Origin: a virus
Virus record (IMG/VR): IMGVR_UViG_3300014838_000014
Location: 46,372 to 110,371 of that record
Strand: one strand, 5' to 3'
Length of the DNA: 64,000 nt
The notes under the pieces are model-generated. The model had not been told where the DNA came from. It ran no database searches and worked only from the letters and a program-made list of their open reading frames with translations. The position numbers and the translations under genes are program-made. Shown here piece by piece: positions 50,190 through 58,641 of the stretch (position 1 is its first letter; every line of letters begins with the position of its first letter).

Positions 50190-50453
50190 ATGAGGAAGGC
50201 GTTATCGACGATCATAGCCTGCATCATACCGCTATTCCTGGCCTCGTGTACAATGATTCAGACGAACGACGGGTTCCCAGTGTTGCAGGTGCAGGTTGCT
50301 GGACGAGTGCTATCTTCGAAGGCGATGTCCGTTTGTTGGCCGTGGCCGCTATCGTCTGAAACGGGCACGGTGACGTTTTGCGCACGTGGTGACGTATCGC
50401 CCGTAAATGGATCGTCGGGATTCCTTGTGTATGCGCGAATCAAATCACGGTGA
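50190..50453 (+). CDS. Putative small lipoprotein
   Basis: MRK..hydrophobic..LASC lipobox. Confidence 0.45.
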   Translation: MRKALSTIIACIIPLFLASCTMIQTNDGFPVLQVQVAGRVLSSKAMSVCWPWPLSSETGTVTFCARGDVSPVNGSSGFLVYARIKSR

Positions 50454-50989
50454 AACGAGCCTGAAACAACGTCTTTTGAAGTGTAGTTCAGAAATCCAGA
50501 CAAGCATGCTTGAATTCATCAATGTAAGGTGAAACTTTACGCGTGGCGAAGTTATAATACCAATGTCACCAATTTCTTCATTGTTAAGTTTGACGATGAA
50601 TAACAATTCATTTGATTTCACGCGCAGGATTTTTGTGATATCACTGGTTGAAATCACACCGATTTCGCTACGCACGCAGTGCGGCGTTGCTCGCCATAGC
50701 TGGCCAACTTGAACGTTGAACGTTTGCTCTTGCTTTTTTGACACGGTGTTATAACACCTGACGCAAGCAACTTTTAAACAAGTAACAAACAATTAGTGGT
50801 TCTACAAACATCACGCAGTATGAATCTTCTATCACCGATGAGTTGTCTTTTAACACGATGCCAATTGACCCAAACTTAATAAGCATTCGGTTTTTAAAGG
50901 ACAACATGTTTTCGTTAAGATAAACGAGTGCATTCGGAATGCTGTCAACTCTAACGAGGACACCGATCTCATATATTACATCATCGTTG

Positions 50990-51316
50990 CTATTTGCCAT
51001 CGTGGTTGTTACACGTTACGTATTCTTTGTGTTCTTTCCATTCACACGTTGAACATGACAGCGTGTAAGGCACGTCGATGTGACACGTGCTTCCAACGTC
51101 GTTGACCCACGTTGCGAGGCGCTGAACGATGACGGTGTCACTCACACTCACGAGATTCCCAGTTGGTTTATTGTAACTTTGGTTTTTCTTATAAGTGATC
51201 GAAAGATAAATCAGAATAAAGATATAACAAAGTATTGTTATAGTAATAATTGAGCGCTTGACGACGCTAAGGGTCAAAAATTTCCACGTTGCAGATGCAC
51301 ACGTTTGCACATTCAT
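50990..51316 (-). CDS. Membrane-anchored hypothetical protein
   Basis: N-terminal TM, Cys-rich tail. Confidence 0.5.
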   Translation of the reverse strand: MNVQTCASATWKFLTLSVVKRSIITITILCYIFILIYLSITYKKNQSYNKPTGNLVSVSDTVIVQRLATWVNDVGSTCHIDVPYTLSCSTCEWKEHKEYVTCNNHDGK

Positions 51317-51557
51317 TGTCTTACGTTTCCTTTAATCACCATCACCGTTAAAACGAACAACACGCTTGCCATGAACGCGGGTGCACATGCCCACGCAATG
51401 AGCATCACCATCCCCGCATAGCAAGCGTCATCCTCCAAAAGAACAACGCAACGCCGATGAGCAACACGAATTCGATGAAGATTTGATCGTTGATGAGCGA
51501 TTTGATGTTATGCACTTGATCTTTTCCTTCTTGTTTGTTCAGGATTCACGTTGATGA

Positions 51558-51761
51558 TTAATAATCAAATTCATTTCCAAATCGGGTTATACGACGTATT
51601 TTACTTACTAACGTTGAACTACACTTAGGACACGCTTTCATTGAAATCATGGAATCGGAGTCCCGATCTAAACGACTTACGTGTATGGTTCCACAAGAAC
51701 TGCACATGCAGTAATATTCTTCATTGTTATAGATCGACCACTCATTCTTGTCCATATTCAA
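51558..51761 (-). CDS. Small zinc-ribbon protein
   Basis: CSSCG...CPKC; GTGTAA-N18-TATACT just upstream. Confidence 0.55.
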   Translation of the reverse strand: MNMDKNEWSIYNNEEYYCMCSSCGTIHVSRLDRDSDSMISMKACPKCSSTLVSKIRRITRFGNEFDY

Positions 51762-52991
51762 CAGTATACAACGATCGCAACGTCGCTTACACCGAACGCT
51801 TTCGTTCTTTCATCCAATGTCACAATATAAATTGATGATCATTTATGCGTTTATTTTTTCATAATTTTCATTGTTAACATCCATGTCAACGTACCCAACG
51901 TCACCTTGTGTTGTAAGAACAAAATAGCTTTGAATTGCACCTGAATATTGCGACAAGCAATAATGCGAAATAATGAACAAACATTCATTTTTCAACATTT
52001 TAATGTGTATTGATGTTGAAGCCCACGCTGGCGCTGTCCATAAATTTTTAAAACAATTTTCACAAATTTTTATGAGATCGCCAGGAACATAGTATTTGTC
52101 GTTCATCCTTACACCTTCACGATCAAACAATCATGGTTGGTGGTAATATAAATCCATCCTATTATCGTTGCGTCGAGGTTGATGACGAAGTACAACCATT
52201 CATTTGTAAACAACCACAATGGTTGTTGTAAATCCGTTTTAACACACGAGACAACAATAAAACATTCTTCACCCATGATAAGACGAAATCCAGCCTTTGA
52301 TCCACCAAGCTTCTTGTACAACAACGTTGCAAACTTAGGCGTTGACTTTATCAAGTCTCCGGGCACGAACCTAGGTTCATTCTTCACTGTACGCTCGTGA
52401 AATCAATTTTTCTAGGTCATCGCTAACGTCTATCCATCCAACAAACGTTTTTGACGTTAACAACTTATAACGTGGCATCATCAATTCTTCGCCAGATAAA
52501 GGATCGCTTTCCGGTGTATAAATGCACTGCACAATGAGTGCAATATCATTTGCTTGTAGTTTACCAACGCTCTTGGCACCGTCCTTTACTCTAAAGCGAT
52601 ATGGATTGTCAAACAACACCAACGACATATCAACAAACATCGTTAAAACACCATTGTTCAACTTGATGATGTCACCAACGTTGAAGCTTTGTTCAATGCG
52701 TTTCACGATTCGTTGCGTTCATCACTTTCGTTTTTGCAGTTCTTGCAACCGGCGACGTGGATCTTCCAACCTTCTGGATCAACGTAGGCTCGGTCTGAAT
52801 CGTGAATGTCCCATAGGTGGCGCGCGTAGCCGTCATCACTCACAGCGTTTTCACAGCACTGTGACGTCGCTAGACTCATTTCTAATGGCACCGACCTTCC
52901 TCTTGGTGGCAGTTCACGTCCACACACGGGACAATCGGCGCGCGTCCAACACTTTTCATTGCACATTGTGTGTCTCCTTGTTCGAATACCA

Positions 52992-53276
52992 TTACAGGCG
53001 ACGTGCCCGACGCGGATTGAGGTCGCAGTAGCAGTACACTGTCCGGACGTCGTGTCCCTGACCCTGTAATAGGGTCTCATCGTCCTGTCGCACGTGGTGC
53101 CACGTGCCATCAGCGAGATAGGCGGATACCGCGCCTCCGGGCGCGCATGCCAGGCTAGCATCAACTAGGCCATGTGAGGGCACTCCTTCGAGCAGGAGCT
53201 CGTCGGTGTCGTAGTCGTATACATCATAGTCAGCGTAGTTTTGGGTTATATTCGCTGTGGTCGTGTTGTTTGTCAT
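52992..53276 (-). CDS. Hypothetical protein, GC-rich relative to neighbours
   Basis: Open frame with atypical composition. Confidence 0.5.
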   Translation of the reverse strand: MTNNTTTANITQNYADYDVYDYDTDELLLEGVPSHGLVDASLACAPGGAVSAYLADGTWHHVRQDDETLLQGQGHDVRTVYCYCDLNPRRARRL

Positions 53277-54684
53277 TGTTGAACTATCATAATATCGTTC
53301 GTTTCACAGTTTCACTGCACTTGTTCAAACCAAATTAGTCGGTCAAACATCCAAACAACCATTTGATCGCTCGTTAAAACTTTGAAACGGGCCCATTGTA
53401 TGTTATTGTTTTCATTTATTATTTCAAGCACGATCATTATCGTGTTATGACTTACGTTGTAAGATTCAATCCTCGATTGACACTCCATTGAACTGTACGT
53501 TGCATGGTTCCAGTTAGACCCACAAGCAAACCTTATTAGTTGTCCGCGTTTAATCATCACAGCTCCTGTAATAATTGCATAATAAGGTCTTGGTTTGATG
53601 AATACATATGTATCCATCCACAACAACCATCAACCTTTATGATTTTTATGCACGTGCTACAATATGAATTTTTAACTATCTCTAAAACGAGAGCAAGTTC
53701 ATTGGGATTAAATGTTAAAAAATTAGTAACATTAACATCTTCATGCTGTGCGGAACACCACAAAGTAATGTAGCTTGATGAGAAACAAACGATGAGCGTT
53801 CCTGGACGAATTGATGATGTTTTCATGCATCTACCCTTTGATTGCGATCGACGAACCAGTGCCTTCAACGTCGACAACGTTTGTTAAAGAACTTGGTTCA
53901 ATGCGAATCCACACCACGCGTTGGTCACCGGTGAACACCTTGAACCATCGTTCGCTGTTATACGTCGTTTTTTGAACATTCAACACCAAGAAAACGTTAT
54001 CGTTCTGAAGCTCACGTCCAACGGGCCAAGGATCGCGTGGCGACTTCCACACGGGAATTGATCCTGCTCTAAAAAAGCACAAAGAACCTACATCGATTGG
54101 CGTTCTCATTACGTATCATCTATCCACGTTTTATCAACGCAACGTCAGTTTCACTGAGCGATCACCTCGATTAAATCTTCATCAATAAATGCATCGTACG
54201 TTTGTTCATTGACCAATAAAACAACAACAAAATGATATGAATCAATGTTTCTTTTTACGTCAATGATGAACACAACTTCATCTTTCTCAAGCATGCGTAT
54301 AAATTTGTTGTGCTTGAGCAAAGCAACTCTATGATAGAGCAAATGACACACGTTACCTACACAAGGACATTGTTTACGCATGTTGCACGATCATCAACCA
54401 TTCTGGTCGCGGCGTATAAATCCATAGCAAAGAAGCATCGTTTCTTTTTTCATCTAAAATGAGAACTTGAAGAACGATGTTGTGATGGCGTTCACCGGTG
54501 CAAATGACGAACCCAATCTCATTCGGCCTCCAAGCACGTTCATAAATTTGTGATGACAACCACTCATCGCCATCATCGGGTGGCATCGCCCAGACCGAGT
54601 GTGAGAGGCCCACGCCGACGATCAGGTCGCCAGAGATGAGTCCGTTTGAACGTATGGCATGGTTACCAACCTTGAACTGGCTCA

Positions 54685-54983
54685 TCAATCAATGACCTTC
54701 TTGAAGTACGAACCTGACCTTGAATCTGAAAAATTATCAAATGCCCAACCAATCGTACAATTCGAAGCAACAAACAAACGTACGTAAACTGGCGTAAAAC
54801 TACTGAAACTTAGATTTTTAATCACGTCGCTTTTTACAATGTTGAGAACAATTGCAATGTCATTTTGCAAAATGATTCCATTATCTTTGGCAAGATCGAT
54901 GTTTGAACTTAAAACAAGCGAATTTTGGACCGTAACGTTACAACGTCACCAACGTTAAATGGAAGCGTATCGTCGTTCATCAT
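54685..54983 (-). pseudogene. Frameshifted family-B paralog
   Basis: MMNDDTLPFNVGDVV stops early; LQNDIAIV..IGWAFD continues in another frame. Confidence 0.5.
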
Positions 54984-55925
54984 GAAACGATCCTCGTCAA
55001 ACGACGAACATACCACAACCGCATTTTATATATGCCATCTTTTGCTAAGAAAAACGCATCATCGAGCGTCATAAACAATAAAAACATTACTTCATCTTTT
55101 TCAACGATTCGATAAATTGTGTCATCATCAAGATGAAGTAATGTTGCACTTATTTTGTTGTTATTTAAGTGATCATGGGTGAGCAAATCACCAACGCGTA
55201 AACAATTAAGTTCGTCATCAAAAAACATGTGCTACACATTACCATACATAGAACGTTGTTTTCACCGTGTGATCAACTTCATTCTATAATCGTCGTTCGG
55301 CTCGAATGGTATCCACCCTAATCTAATGTTGCGTTGTAACAATACGTAAAAACTGTGTACAGAGGAAGCATGTTCAATGACGTTTAAAATCAACGCAAGT
55401 TCGTGTGGTAGGGCTATGAAATGAGGAAAACTGATTGAATCAGCGGGATACAACCCGACGTTGCAGTTGAAACTAACGATCGAACCTATCTTGAAGATTT
55501 CACGATCGATTTTCATATCGAGACCAGGTATGGACCGCCTGTTTCAGTGTTCAAATCATCGTATATCCAACCGCTTGATCCATTTGAAGGAATGTAGACA
55601 CGTACGTAAAATCGATCTAGATAATTCTCACTCGAGTTTGATATATTGAAAATATCAATAATAAAAATAACATCATGTTTGTTAATTTCAATAATGGTTT
55701 CGCGCGAGATAACGTCATCGTGTGGATAATTGTTATACAATCTTATTCTATGCCTCACATATAATGTTTCATCTCGAAACATCACGATTGAACCACGCTC
55801 ATGTGGATATTCCATGTTCAAATTTGACCTTATCATTTGCGATGCGTAAGTTGCATACGATCGACGAGTTCTGCACGCACGAAGGTTACAATAGTTACGA
55901 TCTCAAGGAAAGAGTTCTCATCACC

Positions 55926-56276
55926 ATGTCAGAAACAATGCCAATCTCGAGTTCAGTGAACGTGCTCTCAATTGATCCATCGAAGATGGTTCCCATTTCT
56001 GGAACGATCGCCGTCGTCAACGTTCAACCAATCACTGGTTCATCTTCACCGCCGGTAGTGTTCGTGCACAGCATCGTTCCTCCCGTTCCAAAGCCCGTAA
56101 AGAACGTTGTCACCACGAGCAAACCTCAACCACAACCAAGGATCGAATCGATCAATTGGACGGGAGGCAATGCGTTCAGAGTTCGCGTGAAGTCGAATGG
56201 AAAGAACGCAGCGAACACTTTGGAATGTTCGCTCGTTCAGCTACCAAACGGAAAGTTCAACGTTCAAGTGAAGTGA
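55926..56276 (+). CDS. Hypothetical Pro-rich protein
   Basis: ATAGTTA motif and AAGGA upstream. Confidence 0.5.
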   Translation: MSETMPISSSVNVLSIDPSKMVPISGTIAVVNVQPITGSSSPPVVFVHSIVPPVPKPVKNVVTTSKPQPQPRIESINWTGGNAFRVRVKSNGKNAANTLECSLVQLPNGKFNVQVK

Positions 56277-56689
56277 AGAAGCATCCTTCAATCTTTGCAT
56301 GTAGTCCATATAACAAAACTAAAAAACGTTAACGTTCCTAGAGCGACTGTCACATAAACCACCATTTCGTAAACATTGATGATGTGATCATGACACATTG
56401 CTTTTTGTTCTTTCTTGTTGTTGTTTCTGAAAACGTTATTCTATCGCTTTGATATTATTATCGCCAAGAGGCGGGCCGAGCAGGACGCGCCAACAAACGA
56501 TTGCATCAAATGATGCCAACAATCGAAGATCAATGTTACCCGAGGGCAATGGAATCATTTCAAGCACGAGAAAAACCTCTTCGTCTTGAGCAAACCTCGC
56601 AATTTCATTTTTGCCGCCATGATTTACTTGTTCTGTCCATAACGTTCGTGAATTGCTTATAGTAACAAGCGTTCCAGGTACAATCTGTT

Positions 56690-56935
56690 TCATGTTCTCT
56701 TTACGTGTATCGAACACCTGTGTAACGTGAACCGCGTCTTTGGATTGCTTGGATCGACGAAATCATCGATGTGTTGAATCGCCGGATTGCCACACTTGTG
56801 ATAGACCACCGTGCCAACGCCACGAGGCTTGTTGTCGTTCGTAAAGTCTTCTTCTCGACGTTCAACTACGATCTTCACGTTATTCAACTTGTGAATTGTT
56901 GGAAAGCAGATTGAGCACGTGTTTGGATCTATCAT
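56690..56935 (-). CDS. Hypothetical Cys/His protein
   Basis: CSIC..KCG..RCS.H; TGGTAAAAT promoter-like motif upstream. Confidence 0.5.
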   Translation of the reverse strand: MIDPNTCSICFPTIHKLNNVKIVVERREEDFTNDNKPRGVGTVVYHKCGNPAIQHIDDFVDPSNPKTRFTLHRCSIHVKRT

Positions 56936-56972
56936 CGTGCTTCAATTTTACCACAGACGAAGCGATCGTTCA

Positions 56973-57090
56973 CTCGTGGAGCGCCTTCGCTTGAGGGTGG
57001 CATGAACACCTTTCTTCGCATGAAGGCGCTCCGTGGTGATCACGAGGGCGATGAACGATCACCGTTCATGGGGTCGAAACCATCCACGTA
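56973..57090. ncRNA. Candidate structured non-coding RNA next to array cluster 2
   Basis: GGAGCGCCTTC/GAAGGCGCTCC 11-bp stem, outer CTCGTG/CACGAG, ATGAACG/CGTTCAT hairpin, GGT-CGAA-ACC hairpin; no ORF. Confidence 0.35.
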
Positions 57091-57158
57091 ACGCAATCTT
57101 TTATTTGCAAAGTGAACAAACCAAGCTCCACCCGAACCATGAATTCGTACTGTGAGCG

Positions 57159-57443
57159 TCATCCGCATGCAAGTGTAACAACCACGTGCCATCCACGTGC
57201 GCGCGGAACAACCATCCAGAGGTCCATCCGCTCCGATAGCGTCCCGGTATTATCTACACACGCGCGGAACAACCCCTCAGGCGTCAGCCACACGTAGAAC
57301 TCATCGGTGATCGAGATGAGGACGGCGGGATGAACACCGATAGGAATCCAACGATTCATCGGCGTTGACCAGAGTTTCTCATTCACATCAACGGGTTGAG
57401 AATTAGATATATACACCCACTCGATGAGGTCACCTGGTTTCAT
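57159..57443 (-). CDS. MKPGDLIEW-family protein, copy 5
   Basis: Family core; repeat-2 stop mutated to TGG. Confidence 0.8.
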   Translation of the reverse strand: MKPGDLIEWVYISNSQPVDVNEKLWSTPMNRWIPIGVHPAVLISITDEFYVWLTPEGLFRACVDNTGTLSERMDLWMVVPRARGWHVVVTLACG

Positions 57444-57703
57444 CTATGTTCTCCAATAATGCGTGGAACAACCCAGTATCGGGTGCCGACGGTCAACCTC
57501 GAAGAAGCGTCATCAACGCGCGCGAGGAGCAGGCCCTCAAGCGTCAGCCAAAAATAAAACTCGTCAGTGATTGAAATGAGCATCATGGGATGAACACCAA
57601 TGGGAACCCAACGTTGCATCGGCGTCGACCAAAGTTTGGCATCTTTATGAACATGTTGAGAATCATATTCATGTACCCACTCAATTAGATCGCCAGGTTT
57701 CAT
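57440..57703 (-). CDS. MKPGDLIEW-family protein, copy 6
   Basis: Family core; ends VVPRIIGEHR. Confidence 0.8.
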   Translation of the reverse strand: MKPGDLIEWVHEYDSQHVHKDAKLWSTPMQRWVPIGVHPMMLISITDEFYFWLTLEGLLLARVDDASSRLTVGTRYWVVPRIIGEHR

Positions 57704-57771
57704 CGATGTTCTCCGATAAGTCGCGTGGAATAACCATCGGAGGTGGAACGACGGAGGTAGCCGTCATCGTG

Positions 57772-58026
57772 TCATCCACGCGCGCGTGGAACAACCTCGA
57801 TGACCAAGGCGCTCACGGCGACTGCGCTGGTGTCATCCACGCGCGCGTGGAACAACCCCTCAAGCGTCAACCACATGTAGAATTCGTTGGTGATCGAAAC
57901 GAGGATGGCAGGTCGAACGCCGATGGGAATCCAACGTTGCATCGGTGTCGACCAGAGTTCGGCATCCTCATCGACGGGTTGAGAATCAGATTTATACACC
58001 CATTCAATTAGATCACCTGGTTTCAT
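57772..58026 (-). CDS. MKPGDLIEW-family protein, copy 7
   Basis: Consensus repeats; ends VVPRARG*. Confidence 0.85.
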   Translation of the reverse strand: MKPGDLIEWVYKSDSQPVDEDAELWSTPMQRWIPIGVRPAILVSITNEFYMWLTLEGLFHARVDDTSAVAVSALVIEVVPRARG

Positions 58027-58286
58027 CTATGTTCTCCGACGACGCGTGGAACAACCCGCGGCATGCGGGCTCTTGCGGGGGACGAGAAAGTGTCATCCAC
58101 GAGCGCGTGGAACAACCCATTTGGGTTCAGCCACACGTAGAACTCGTCGTTGATCGAGATGAGGACTGCGGGACGAACACCAATTTGAATCCAGCGTTTC
58201 ATTGACGTTGACCAGAGTTGCTCATTTTCATCAACTGGTTGAGAATTACGTTTGTACACCCATTCAATCAAATTACCTGGTTTCAT
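58023..58286 (-). CDS. MKPGDLIEW-family protein, copy 8
   Basis: Family core; ends VVPRVVGEHR. Confidence 0.8.
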   Translation of the reverse strand: MKPGNLIEWVYKRNSQPVDENEQLWSTSMKRWIQIGVRPAVLISINDEFYVWLNPNGLFHALVDDTFSSPARARMPRVVPRVVGEHR

Positions 58287-58351
58287 TGAAGCACCTCATG
58301 ACGCGTGGAACAACCGACGGTGGGGGCCATCGACGAGTGGACCTCGTCATG

Positions 58352-58606
58352 TCATCCACGCACGCGTGGAACAATCTTAGGACGAGATGTACGTCTTGGA
58401 GACCGACGCGTGTCATCCACTCGCGCGTGGAACAACCCCTCAAGCGTCAACCACGTGTAGAACTCATCGGTGATCGAGATGAGGACGCCGGGATGAACAC
58501 CGATTGGAATATAACGTTGCATTGACGTTGACCAAAGCCTCTCATTCTCAATAACGGGTTGAGAATTAATGGCATACACCCACTCGATCAAATCACCTGG
58601 TTTCAT
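58352..58606 (-). CDS. MKPGDLIEW-family protein, copy 9 (first of operon, likely leaderless)
   Basis: Family core; ends IVPRVRG*. Confidence 0.8.
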   Translation of the reverse strand: MKPGDLIEWVYAINSQPVIENERLWSTSMQRYIPIGVHPGVLISITDEFYTWLTLEGLFHARVDDTRRSPRRTSRPKIVPRVRG

Positions 58607-58612
58607 GGTTCA

Positions 58613-58641
58613 ATAATAACAAGAAAGATGAACGGTTACAC
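58613..58641 (-). promoter_or_regulatory. Sigma70-like promoter for MKPGDLIEW cluster 2
   Basis: GTGTAA-N17-TATTAT ends 6 nt before ATG 58606. Confidence 0.65.

Larger units (their letters stand above)
50445..56717 (-). other. Array of about 14 divergent small SH3/KOW-like paralogs (family B)
   Basis: ORFs 50445-50792, 50749-51000, 51843-52130, 52109-52387, 52377-52706, 53312-53626, 53557-53877, 53831-54109, 54151-54381, 54374-54688, 54980-55228, 55262-55516, 55513-55836, 56436-56717 share (P/V)G(D/S)L(I/V)...E..(F/L)(I/V)....(V/L)L....GW(I/V). Confidence 0.65.
57156..58437 (-). CRISPR. CRISPR-like mini-arrays embedded in 3' ends of MKPGDLIEW copies 5-9
   Basis: + strand repeat GTGTCATCCACGCGCGCGTGGAACAACC, identical at 57769-57796 and 57830-57857, variants at 57156, 57186, 57247, 57446, 57507, ~57706, 58029, 58090, ~58288, 58349, 58410; seven unique 33-nt spacers. 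Confidence 0.8.

Noticed and set aside
57706-58525. Plus-strand ORFs antisense to the MKPGDLIEW genes, and other short antisense ORFs in the track
   Set aside because: Shadows of repeated genes with no SD or promoter support and inconsistent starts.
57159-58606. Diversity-generating retroelement behind the variable tails
   Set aside because: Tails are unrelated fixed-length sequences rather than adenine-specific variants of a template, and no reverse transcriptase is seen.
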